Source: a virus. From it: a DNA stretch of 64,000 bases. A model generated the notes under the pieces. The model saw only the letters and a program-made list of their open reading frames with translations. It was not told the origin of the DNA and searched no databases. The stretch spans positions 32,001 to 96,000 of the IMG/VR virus record IMGVR_UViG_3300033148_008025; one strand, given 5' to 3'. The first letter of the stretch is position 1. Each line of letters starts with the position of its first letter. The translations under genes were made by a program, and so were the position numbers. Shown here one piece after another: positions 26,825-36,495 of this stretch.

Positions 26825-27948
26825 TGGCCGCTCAACCAAAAGCTACTCGCAAGGAAACCCAGTCTGATCTAATCAACGACGTTAACGGCCTTGGCGGGGA
26901 GGAGATTGTTACATACAACCTCTTTCTCACAGATGCGTTTGGCGGCGGAGCGGGGCTATTGGATGTGCAAGGTCACGTATTCCAGAACGAAGGCTCGGGT
27001 GTTCCAGAAACAATAGATGGACACTCGAACGATGACTCCTATCGCAGGTCAAGGCGACTCCTCCACCGATCCACCTATAGCGATGTTGACTCTGCGGCAA
27101 TTGCTCATATTCGCGAGAACTCCCTGGCCAGGCAGATTGATGAAAAGAAAGATCAGCCCGGTGTTATTCGGCTCATCAGGAGACTCAAGTCTGACGAGCT
27201 CAACGAAGCTGCCAAACAGCCAGGCCCAGTTGTTCCATGGGTAAACCTCATTCCGCCCAATACCAAATTTCTACTGGAAACCGTCCAGGAAAGCCGACAG
27301 GAGAAGGTCCAGATTATCGATACATTTGGTGAATGGGTTGCTTTCTTTTTTGGAAGAAGACCAGAGGTCTACAACTACTCTGGCACACTCATTAACTCAA
27401 GCAACCACGACTGGAAAAATGAGTTTCAATTCAACTACGACCACTTCCTTCGTGGCAGCCAGGCAGTAAAGCATCGAGCAACGATGATCCTCCAATATGA
27501 CGATGTCATGGTTGAGGGATACATGCTCAATTCGAGTATTCAGATGTCTGGCGTAACCGACAAATCGGTTCCGTTTACATTTAGCCTGCTCGTGATCAAT
27601 CGTTCGCAGATGAACCCACGACGACAAATGGGACTCCGCTTTCTTCGCAGTGGACCTTCCATCGGAGAGGGGCAGTTCTACAACGATCTACAGGGTGCAC
27701 TAGATCTGACAGAAAGGGACACAGATGACATGCAAACCTTCCTGCTGATGAGGGAGTATTTCTCAGGTAACTACATCCCAGCTGCCGGCAAGTTTATCCA
27801 TCGAGCGAAAAACAACAACATAGAATCTGAAACGTCTGTCCAGCCTGGACAGAAAGGTGGAAGTAAGAATCCAAAGCCAGTTCCTGCAAGTTTTAGCGCT
27901 AAGACCTCTGGGTCAATCCTTGAGCGCGGTGTTACCCTGCTGGAATAA
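26824..27948 (+). CDS. tail tube-like / tube initiator protein
   Basis: Position between tape measure and hub; FLLETVQESRQEK..I..TFG...FFFG...YNYSG pattern. Confidence 0.5.
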   Translation: MAAQPKATRKETQSDLINDVNGLGGEEIVTYNLFLTDAFGGGAGLLDVQGHVFQNEGSGVPETIDGHSNDDSYRRSRRLLHRSTYSDVDSAAIAHIRENSLARQIDEKKDQPGVIRLIRRLKSDELNEAAKQPGPVVPWVNLIPPNTKFLLETVQESRQEKVQIIDTFGEWVAFFFGRRPEVYNYSGTLINSSNHDWKNEFQFNYDHFLRGSQAVKHRATMILQYDDVMVEGYMLNSSIQMSGVTDKSVPFTFSLLVINRSQMNPRRQMGLRFLRSGPSIGEGQFYNDLQGALDLTERDTDDMQTFLLMREYFSGNYIPAAGKFIHRAKNNNIESETSVQPGQKGGSKNPKPVPASFSAKTSGSILERGVTLLE

Positions 27949-27950
27949 AC

Positions 27951-30869
27951 ATGTCTCGCCAAGGAACAGGTTCTAGAGTTGAGCTCCGTATGTACATGGA
28001 GGGGATTCTTGTCGAGAACGGACTAGCAAACGTTAGCGTTAGTGGCGACATCGGAATGCCAGCATCAGCTCAGCTCGAGCTGGTTCCAACCAACACGATA
28101 AAACACATCCTTCCAGGAACATGGATTCATGTTTTTGTGACAGATCCGTGGGAGGTTAATCCAACAGGCAATCTCGATGACTTCAAGTTGCTGTTCGAAG
28201 GTGTTGTCTCGGCTAAGGGATTCACGAAAACCGACGATGGTAGAAACTTCACAGTGCAATGCATCGCACCAGAAGTATTCTGGACCGAAGCTCGTCAGTT
28301 CTGGGTAAACCTTGCGGCTGGAAGCAGTCTCGTTGACCAAATCGTAGTGCAAACGTCGGGAGGCAGTGGTCGCTTCGGAATGATTGGGGGGAACGCCAAG
28401 TTTGGCTACATGCAAAGCAAGCTCAAAAAAATCGAGGATGGAAGCGAGGAGCGCTTCATGGACACACTCGTGTCAGTTCTCGATGATATCGGAGGAGTCA
28501 ACCCGTATTACACCAACGCAAAAAACAGAATAAGACTTACCGATCGTATTGTTAGGGGGGCCGCAGGAAAGACCGAGGAGCTGTTTCAAATATCGCTCTT
28601 CACCGACTTCCTAGAAGGCCTCGCTTCTCGAACTTCCGATCAGTCAAGCTTGCTCGAAGTGATCAACTCTCTGCTTGGTGCAATTCTCCATGAATGGGTT
28701 TCTGTTCCTGCCCCGCCATACATCAAATCTCAAGTCTTTGACCGGGACACGTTCGGAAATATCAAGCGTGGTAAAAGCACCGTAAGGAAAAATACGGGAG
28801 ACGGAAAAAGAAAGAAGAAGGTCGACATCTACGACTTCAAGACTGCCCAGGACGACATTATCGCGAGCATCATATTCAAGCCTCACATCTACACGCTATC
28901 CCCACCTACGTGCAACATCCTCTACCCCAACATGTATGATCAGATGTCATACAGCCACAACCACATGAATGAAACAACGAGGCTTCAGATGCAGCCGCAG
29001 TTGTTTTCCAGTGCTTTCAGGAAGATCTCGAAACACCTGAGGATCATGCGTCCGACCGAACTGGAAATCTTCACCGGTCTCACTCGAGACAAGAAGGCTG
29101 GGACTAGAGGGAAACGGACACCTGATGCCAAGTACGCAGACGGAGCTGGCCAAGCTCCCGTGTTTCACGACTATGACTGGGCAACAAACGAGGAGCGAAT
29201 CCGTGGAATCAAATACAACTTCATAAATCTCGCTCCGGCCCCGGGCACCCTGACGATGACAAGTCAGGGAAAACGACAACCATCCGGAACAAGAAAAGGT
29301 GGTGCACCGAAGTACTTGCAGAACGTGGCAAGCTACGAGTACTACAAGTCAAAGTTTTCGGCCAGAGGCGCAACAGTGTCCGGCCCCTTGAACATTCGCC
29401 CCGTACCAGGGTTTTCAATCCTATTACTGGATGATTCCGCATCCCAGCAGAACATCGTTGCATATCTTAGCGGGATTACTCATTCCATTAGCGCCGACGG
29501 GATGGCAACAACCCAGTACAGCATCAGCCTTCCAAGGCTGACCGACGAGGTGGACTACAATCGCCCTAAGTTCAAGAAAAGCGCGACAGGTGAAAACGAA
29601 ATCGATTTTGACCTATTCAGAGACGAGGAAGGCAGGTACGACTTTGCGAAGCTGTTTGACGGCGTCAATGAGCCGCCGATTCCTGAGTGGTTTGACGACG
29701 ACTACAAAAACCTCCTCGACCTAGACGTGAGATATCGAGAGTGGTTTGGAACCAATGTCGGGGTAACGCAGAACCTCTTATTTGTAGATCCGGAGCAGAC
29801 GGAAAAGAATGCAATCGCAAATCAGGAGGCTGCAAGAGCAGTATACCTGGAGGAGAACGGCGTTGAGCCGGAACCAGGAGAGATACCCGACTATCCAAAA
29901 TCCCTAAAAGACGACATTGTTCAATCAAACAACACGATCGGATTGAATGAGGCAGTTTTGGAACTAAACGAAAGATACACAAAGGCTCGCGGCAACGGCA
30001 GGGAGAAGGAAGAAGCTGGGGTACGAACGGCGAGAGCATTCACGAAAATCGACGAAGCGTTCAGATTCATCGGAGCTTCTCCGTTCGAATTGTCGGACCA
30101 AGCGATAGGCGAAAAGAGCAAGTCCGATCAAACCACCTTTGTGAAAAACCCGGCGTCGGAGAGGGTTATCAACTACAAGACGATGAGGCTAGACAGGTTC
30201 GTCGGAGACACTTCCCCAGGGTCTGGATATTCAGGTGTCCCAGAGGGAGAGTCCAAGGAAACAAACGATTCAAGCGGGAGCGGGGTTTCCGAGCGCATGT
30301 CTGGTGCTTTTTCAAAATTCGATACGATCGTGCACACCGGCGATAAGGCACTCAAGACAAAGGAGAGGGCTGATGCTGTAAAAGCAGAGAGTGCACCTTC
30401 ATCAAGTCCGCGATATGACGGACGCCCCAGAATGTACGATTTTGAATTTCGTATATGGCAGGACTCAATCAAGGCTGCACAGGCAGCGGGGTTCACCATC
30501 GACGGTGAGAAGATTGCCGATTCTGCTGCCGTCGCAGACCACTATGTCAATGGAAGTAGTGGGACAATACGAGGTGCGACTGCCGAAGAGAAAGCTGCTG
30601 CTCGCGAGAGCAGGGTTGCAACAAACGCACAGAGGACTGCAGAGGAAAGCGATCGCATGTCCAAGGGGCGTCATCCTGTTCGACGAGTTCGTTCTAGGTG
30701 CCCAAACATGCCCCCCGCAAACCAGGCTCCCACCGGAGCCGGACTAGAGGAAGAGCTTGTCCTCCCGCTTCCTCAGCCGCTATCGGAAAAGCAGGTTATT
30801 AACATCAGAAGGTCTATCATCGACGCTTATCGAGACGAATTGGAGAGAACTCGTGGATTCACAGGATAG
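27951..30869 (+). CDS. baseplate hub protein (gp27/gp44/VgrG-like)
   Basis: A(Q)LEL...LLFEG.V N-terminus; late GPLNIRPVPG...YL.GITHSI motif; size and position. Confidence 0.55.
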   Translation: MSRQGTGSRVELRMYMEGILVENGLANVSVSGDIGMPASAQLELVPTNTIKHILPGTWIHVFVTDPWEVNPTGNLDDFKLLFEGVVSAKGFTKTDDGRNFTVQCIAPEVFWTEARQFWVNLAAGSSLVDQIVVQTSGGSGRFGMIGGNAKFGYMQSKLKKIEDGSEERFMDTLVSVLDDIGGVNPYYTNAKNRIRLTDRIVRGAAGKTEELFQISLFTDFLEGLASRTSDQSSLLEVINSLLGAILHEWVSVPAPPYIKSQVFDRDTFGNIKRGKSTVRKNTGDGKRKKKVDIYDFKTAQDDIIASIIFKPHIYTLSPPTCNILYPNMYDQMSYSHNHMNETTRLQMQPQLFSSAFRKISKHLRIMRPTELEIFTGLTRDKKAGTRGKRTPDAKYADGAGQAPVFHDYDWATNEERIRGIKYNFINLAPAPGTLTMTSQGKRQPSGTRKGGAPKYLQNVASYEYYKSKFSARGATVSGPLNIRPVPGFSILLLDDSASQQNIVAYLSGITHSISADGMATTQYSISLPRLTDEVDYNRPKFKKSATGENEIDFDLFRDEEGRYDFAKLFDGVNEPPIPEWFDDDYKNLLDLDVRYREWFGTNVGVTQNLLFVDPEQTEKNAIANQEAARAVYLEENGVEPEPGEIPDYPKSLKDDIVQSNNTIGLNEAVLELNERYTKARGNGREKEEAGVRTARAFTKIDEAFRFIGASPFELSDQAIGEKSKSDQTTFVKNPASERVINYKTMRLDRFVGDTSPGSGYSGVPEGESKETNDSSGSGVSERMSGAFSKFDTIVHTGDKALKTKERADAVKAESAPSSSPRYDGRPRMYDFEFRIWQDSIKAAQAAGFTIDGEKIADSAAVADHYVNGSSGTIRGATAEEKAAARESRVATNAQRTAEESDRMSKGRHPVRRVRSRCPNMPPANQAPTGAGLEEELVLPLPQPLSEKQVINIRRSIIDAYRDELERTRGFTG

Positions 30870-31686
30870 GCAGATTGGACTTGAAATAGAGGCTGAGCTG
30901 GAGGAGTGGCTTGACAAGGAAGCTGCTGCTCGAGGTATTGACCGAGAAGCTCTGCAGCAATCAGAGCTGGAGGCGTGGGAGCGTTGGAGTAAGGACCCCA
31001 ACCAGCAAGACTTTGAGACGCTGTACCAGAGTCACCAGCCACTGTTCGAGACAATAGGTGCTCGATACATGAAAAGCAGCAACCTTCCCACAGCTGCAAT
31101 CAGATCTAGGATGACGCAGAACTACGTGAAGGCCCTCGAGGGATACGACCCAACAAGAGGGGCGAAGCTATCGACGCATGTCATGAACACACTTCCGCAT
31201 CACATTCCAAGATACATACAGAAGTATACAAACATTGGAAGAATTCCTGATGACATGGGTGGGATGATCGGACTACTCGAGGAGCGGAATGCTGCACTAT
31301 CAGACCGCCTTGGACGATTGCCGACAAACGACGAGCTCGCTGATGACATGCTAATGTCTGCGCGGGACTATTCCGATCAAAGGAAAAAACTCATAACACC
31401 AAAAAAGGTGGGGACGCTGAGAAGGTCTTTGCGGCTAGACTTTGTCGCAGAAGAGGCTGGCGGCGTTGCCCCAACGCATGGTGTCTCGAAGCTTGAGCAG
31501 CATGCAGTTTATTTGCATGGCTCATTGAATTCCGAGCAAAAACTAATTCTCGAACATACCTACGAAGGGTTTGATAAGCCGATCATCCAGGACGTTGAAC
31601 GACTGTCCAGGACGGTAAAGATGTCTCCTCAAAAGGTTCGTGCGATCAAGAAGCAAATCTGGAAAAAGATGGAACGGTACATGTAA
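30853..31686 (+). CDS. sigma70-family RNA polymerase sigma factor
   Basis: Region 2 KALEGYDPTRGAKLSTH; region 3 LGRLPTNDELADDM; region 4-like LNSEQKLIL...MSPQKVRAIKKQIWKKM; GTG at 30853 with GGAG SD. Confidence 0.8.
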   Translation: MDSQDRQIGLEIEAELEEWLDKEAAARGIDREALQQSELEAWERWSKDPNQQDFETLYQSHQPLFETIGARYMKSSNLPTAAIRSRMTQNYVKALEGYDPTRGAKLSTHVMNTLPHHIPRYIQKYTNIGRIPDDMGGMIGLLEERNAALSDRLGRLPTNDELADDMLMSARDYSDQRKKLITPKKVGTLRRSLRLDFVAEEAGGVAPTHGVSKLEQHAVYLHGSLNSEQKLILEHTYEGFDKPIIQDVERLSRTVKMSPQKVRAIKKQIWKKMERYM

Positions 31687-31688
31687 CG

Positions 31689-33686
31689 ATGGCTGGCTCA
31701 GACGAAATAAAAGAAGCGATTGCCTGTCTCTCAAATGTCTATCCGCAGTATGTGTCAAAAACACTTGCAGATCTTACGGACCAAATTGAATCAGTAGTCC
31801 AGTCCTACACCGACCCTATGGCTGCGATCGATGATCTGAGCGTTGACTCTCTTGTTGAGAGCGTTGCCGAGTCGGCCAGCGCAGACACCTTTGGAAACCT
31901 TGAGGAGATTGCCACTGGACTACTTTCTCAATATGTAAAGAGAGATGCGTCTTCGTTTTCCGAATCTCTTCCGAAAGAGTTTTCGAACGTGACAAAAAAG
32001 GTTCAAGACATCAGGAACATGTCAGGCAGGGTGATTCAGACCGCATCTCAGATGTTGTCACTATTCCCAGACATGCCATACGTTGCTGCTCAGAAAATGT
32101 GTGAATCAATGATTCGCGTCATCGATATGAAGGTTTGCAACCTGCGGTGCCTGCGAAAGCATATCGTTCAGCTGACCAATTGCGTTTTAGTACTAGTGAA
32201 TCACGTAGATGACTACCACGAGCAAACTCTGTACGAAATCACGCTTGCCTCAGAGGCCATCGACGAAGTGGAGACTGAGCTTGTAAAAAGCCAGAGACTG
32301 GACATCGACAACAACATCACCTTCGACTCACAAGCATTCGAGCGTGCTCGACAGGCTATGCTCAACGCCGTCTCCCACCTGACGCCAGAGCAAGATGGTG
32401 ACAACATCCTCGCCGAGGCCGACCTGATGACTCCAGGCGGAATACAGACAACGCAGATCACAAAGTCCAACAGATCCCTCGTGACCATGGCGATCCCACA
32501 GCTTGTTAAGCTCATAGAAGTTGAATCCGCAGCAGTCAATTCTCAGATTTCGGTCATCAACTATCACGCCAATGCCCTCACAGCCGTGATCAACCAGTTT
32601 CGCATCGCAGGAAAAAGCAGTCGCGTTCAGACGATGCGAGCAAGGGCAATTACGGATATCAGAAACAAGGTTGCAAGGCTCGGATCGAGGATCGATGTTG
32701 CACTCACGAGAGGGTCGACCAGGACACTGGCGGAAGAAATGCTGTCATGGGCCTCCGGCGCCAAGACAATTGTAGCCGCAATGGATAGGGTGAAAACTCT
32801 TACCCTACAGGAAGGATCGATTGAGGGGATTGACAAGGCGTACGAACTCCAGGTGGCCCTAGAGAAGCTTCTCAACGGACTTATCTCAATCAGCGGAATA
32901 AGCTACCCCACTGCAGAGAACGGGATAGAGGACTCAACGGAGATCACTCACAGGGTTACAGCGCTTGCAAAAGGTGCCTTCAGGATTCTTGGAGATTTGG
33001 AAAACAACACAACAAGCGAAAACAGAATAGCCACCTTCCACTTGCTATCTCTCCAGACTGCCACGCTCCAGGTCAACACGATTGACGACTCGATCACTGT
33101 TGCGCTCGAGCAGCGAGCTCTCTGTGAGGAATTCGCCGCAATCAACCTGCAGGTTCGAGAACGATACGACGAACTGCTCGGGTCCATGCGACAGTTGGGC
33201 CTGGATAGAGCCGTAGACCTTCTCAGTGTTGGAAAGTTTGATGACTTCCTTTCGAGCGATCTCGATGACCTGTCGTACCTCGGTGTTGGCATTTCCTGTC
33301 TTACGCATGCGCTTGGAGCCGTCGACGACACGCAAACCCGCGGAGAACTGATTTCGATTAGAGATGAGATGATTTCCAGGCAAACAAACCAAGAGGTTGC
33401 TGCTGCCGACTCCGTAGATCAGGGGCGGGTCAGGATTTTAACTGATGTTAAATCCGAAGTTTCATCTATCCAAAAAAACGCAAAAGTCATCGAATCAATC
33501 CTCGCACAGCTTACGGGAACAGCCGACAAGCTCAATATCGACATTGACGTAGATATGGGGGGCACCCCAGCCTTCCTGGGCAACCTTGACTATCTGTCCG
33601 TTGGAGCAGGAGGCAGGCTCTCAGGCGGGCTTGAGGAGATATCAGAGTATGCTAACGCCGGTGTCGTTAGCTGCAAGCCACTGTGA
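31689..33686 (+). CDS. large helical protein of unknown function in the baseplate operon
   Basis: 665-aa ORF, tightly packed, with no recognised motif. Confidence 0.7.
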   Translation: MAGSDEIKEAIACLSNVYPQYVSKTLADLTDQIESVVQSYTDPMAAIDDLSVDSLVESVAESASADTFGNLEEIATGLLSQYVKRDASSFSESLPKEFSNVTKKVQDIRNMSGRVIQTASQMLSLFPDMPYVAAQKMCESMIRVIDMKVCNLRCLRKHIVQLTNCVLVLVNHVDDYHEQTLYEITLASEAIDEVETELVKSQRLDIDNNITFDSQAFERARQAMLNAVSHLTPEQDGDNILAEADLMTPGGIQTTQITKSNRSLVTMAIPQLVKLIEVESAAVNSQISVINYHANALTAVINQFRIAGKSSRVQTMRARAITDIRNKVARLGSRIDVALTRGSTRTLAEEMLSWASGAKTIVAAMDRVKTLTLQEGSIEGIDKAYELQVALEKLLNGLISISGISYPTAENGIEDSTEITHRVTALAKGAFRILGDLENNTTSENRIATFHLLSLQTATLQVNTIDDSITVALEQRALCEEFAAINLQVRERYDELLGSMRQLGLDRAVDLLSVGKFDDFLSSDLDDLSYLGVGISCLTHALGAVDDTQTRGELISIRDEMISRQTNQEVAAADSVDQGRVRILTDVKSEVSSIQKNAKVIESILAQLTGTADKLNIDIDVDMGGTPAFLGNLDYLSVGAGGRLSGGLEEISEYANAGVVSCKPL

Positions 33687-33704
33687 TAAGGTTTTCCAAG
33701 GACA

Positions 33705-34130
33705 ATGGCAGATCTGAAACTTCTTATCACTGACGAGGGTACGGGTCGATTGCGACTCGGGATACCAAGTCCGCCAGAGTTTGTCGAAGGTATCGACCTG
33801 CTTGCTCAGATAGTAACACTTCGATATCTGAACAACGGTGGGAGGTCTATTTTTAACCCCGGAATGAATGGTGGCCTCAGGCTTTACATTGGTCAGAATT
33901 TTGACCCAGAAGACCCCTCCGAGCTGTTTGCAGATCTGAGGCTGATAACCAGTCGGATCGAACAATCAATAAAAGAAGAGCAGGTTGGCCTCAACCGGTC
34001 ACCATCTGAACGGCTTCAGTCTCTAGACTTCCTGGACATCATCCCCGACGACACGGAGCCTGAGATCGAAATCATTGTCGCAGTCGTAAACGAAGAACAA
34101 CAACAGCAGCGAGCAATCGTTCCGGTGTAA
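33705..34130 (+). CDS. baseplate wedge gp25/gpW-like protein
   Basis: Size 141 aa; GIDLLAQ...GRSIFNP..GG.L; directly precedes the baseplate J-like gene. Confidence 0.55.
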   Translation: MADLKLLITDEGTGRLRLGIPSPPEFVEGIDLLAQIVTLRYLNNGGRSIFNPGMNGGLRLYIGQNFDPEDPSELFADLRLITSRIEQSIKEEQVGLNRSPSERLQSLDFLDIIPDDTEPEIEIIVAVVNEEQQQQRAIVPV

Positions 34131-34132
34131 CT

Positions 34133-36196
34133 ATGGCACTCCCAGTAAAAGAATTCATCATTGAAAGGCTTCTTGAGTTTGACTCATCCTTTGACACGGG
34201 GTCCGGTGTCCCGACAACCGGGCTACTCATTGAGCCGCTTTCTGTGATTTTGCAACCAGTTATCGATGAGCTATCTGTAGTTCAGGCGAGTTCCTCGATC
34301 CTCACAATCCTTGAGTCTTCTGATCCCGACTCTTTCCCGGAAGACATTGTTGACGGACTGGCATCAAATGCATTTGTCGACAGAAACCCAGGGGAGATTG
34401 GCTCCGATGTCATGCGAATTCGTTTTTTTGAGCCGCAGCAATTTGAGGCGCAACAAGGGGTACTCATCTTCCGCGGCCCAAGCGGTCAACGGTTTACAAA
34501 TTCCGAATCTTTCGTAGTGACCTCATCGGAGATGAGCCTGAACAAAGACGGGAGTCTCTACTTTGCAGACATTCCGATTGTCTCCCTCGAGGAGGGGGAG
34601 GACTTCAATGTCAGTTCTGGTGCAATCACTTCCATGGAGGCCGAACCAAGTGGAGTTGCAAACGTAACAAACCTGTTTGGAATATTAGACGGAAGAGATA
34701 GGGAAACAAACACGGAATTAATCGATCGTATCAAGGTCGCAGTAACCGTTAGGGCACTTGTTACCGGGCGCGGAATCATCGTCACCCTCACCGAGAATTT
34801 CTCCACAATTGAAGAGATTACTCCCGTAGGATTTGGCGACCCTGAGATGATGAGGGACATTGTTTACAACGTTCACATCGGTGGGAATTCCGACGTCTAC
34901 GTGAAAACATCGAATTTCACATCAGGGTTCAAAGATTTTTTCGGAATAGAAGTTGATACTTCTAGGCAGAAATCCGGTTACGGAACAATCTCTCTCCCGC
35001 TCGACTCCGTTGGATACTTCCTTGGGAACTCCGGAATTGACAGGACGAACATCGCGCCAACTGTAAGGGCTATCGATGGGCTTGTTGCCTACGCAGAAAC
35101 CACAGACTACATACTAGACGACACATCTGGAACTATTTTCAGAGTTCCAGCCGGGTCGATTTTTCATCGTGAGGGAATATCTGGAGTTGTAACCGACACC
35201 AAGACATTGACTCAGGTCGGTGAGTTTGCAAGTGCACGGAGAGGTATGATCTTGACTATTGATACCCCGGCAACGGTGTCGGGGAGATACACGGTCAGGG
35301 AGTCTCCAGATGCTGACACTGTCATCATCTACGGGGAGTTCTCAGTGGGATCGGAGACTGGCGTAAACTGGAGTCTTGATGACAACCTTACCGTGTCCTA
35401 CGAGTACAATCCTATCTCTATCGACATAGCTGAAGCTGCAAGGTCTGATGACCGTGAAATATTCACCATTACAGATATCCCGCTTATGTATGTTGAATCC
35501 GTAGAAGTACTTGATCCGCTGTCCGGAGAGCAGACAGGCGTAACCCTGGAACCGCTGGGTGGGTTTGGTGCAGGCGGGTTTGGAGTTGGGGGATTCGGGG
35601 TTGGCAGCGGAGCGGATTTCAAGCTTGTTGTTGTAGACCCAACCCTTCGCCACTCGTCGGAGGAAAGCAACTACATCGAGTTTGACGCTAGCTATGCTGG
35701 CTATGCACTTAGGTTGAACTACTTTTATGCTTCTGCGATTCCGCCGATCCAGGCATTCATGGATGACAGGAACAATCAGAGTCAAACAGCATCGCTACTT
35801 GCTCGCCACCACATCCCAGTGTTTGTTGATACTCAGAAGACGATCAGCTACGACATCTCCGCATCGTCCGAAGCTACTGCGCTGAGCACGGAAGAGATGG
35901 TCTCGCTCATCAGCGACTATATTAACGACATCGACCAGGACGGAGACCTTGAAATCTCCGACATCATTGATGTCATGTATGACAGCGGTGCAACCCGGGT
36001 TGACCTCGGTGCCATACAGGAAATGCGCGGGGAAATTCACAACCATGATGGCTCAATTGAATACACACTTCCTGACAGCACGGGAAGTATGGTTATTCCA
36101 GATAACGACATCGAAGACCCAACTGACAAACCACTGTCCCCGCGCATTGCTAGATTTCGTTCTAGAACAATATCCCTTCAAAGGAACGTTGTATGA
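34133..36196 (+). CDS. baseplate J / gp6-like wedge protein
   Basis: VANVTN...GRDRETNTELIDRI motif. Confidence 0.75.
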   Translation: MALPVKEFIIERLLEFDSSFDTGSGVPTTGLLIEPLSVILQPVIDELSVVQASSSILTILESSDPDSFPEDIVDGLASNAFVDRNPGEIGSDVMRIRFFEPQQFEAQQGVLIFRGPSGQRFTNSESFVVTSSEMSLNKDGSLYFADIPIVSLEEGEDFNVSSGAITSMEAEPSGVANVTNLFGILDGRDRETNTELIDRIKVAVTVRALVTGRGIIVTLTENFSTIEEITPVGFGDPEMMRDIVYNVHIGGNSDVYVKTSNFTSGFKDFFGIEVDTSRQKSGYGTISLPLDSVGYFLGNSGIDRTNIAPTVRAIDGLVAYAETTDYILDDTSGTIFRVPAGSIFHREGISGVVTDTKTLTQVGEFASARRGMILTIDTPATVSGRYTVRESPDADTVIIYGEFSVGSETGVNWSLDDNLTVSYEYNPISIDIAEAARSDDREIFTITDIPLMYVESVEVLDPLSGEQTGVTLEPLGGFGAGGFGVGGFGVGSGADFKLVVVDPTLRHSSEESNYIEFDASYAGYALRLNYFYASAIPPIQAFMDDRNNQSQTASLLARHHIPVFVDTQKTISYDISASSEATALSTEEMVSLISDYINDIDQDGDLEISDIIDVMYDSGATRVDLGAIQEMRGEIHNHDGSIEYTLPDSTGSMVIPDNDIEDPTDKPLSPRIARFRSRTISLQRNVV

Positions 36197-36495
36197 ATAT
36201 GGTTAGCTTTGTTGATGAACTGATAAGGGTTGGAGTCAGCAAGGCTCTAGCAAAACATGCTTCCTTCGTTGGAGCAGAGCCGCACGAAGGGCTCGTTGGG
36301 AGCAGTGCGTATGCTGAAGACAACGTTCTTGTTCCAAGCGACGTAGCAACTAGGATTCCTAGAACAGCAAGCCTTCCATCAAGCATTGCAGTTGGTAGGT
36401 TGGGTGAAATTAGTCCCGCAAATGATCCGATAGATAACAGAACAGAGGGGGGACGACGTGAGTGTCTCTTCTGCCTTCCTTTGGCGATTTCTTGA
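36193..36495 (+). CDS. small protein with variant DELxKxA leader
   Basis: MNMVSFVDELIRVG; ATGA overlap upstream and 38-nt overlap downstream. Confidence 0.5.
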   Translation: MNMVSFVDELIRVGVSKALAKHASFVGAEPHEGLVGSSAYAEDNVLVPSDVATRIPRTASLPSSIAVGRLGEISPANDPIDNRTEGGRRECLFCLPLAIS

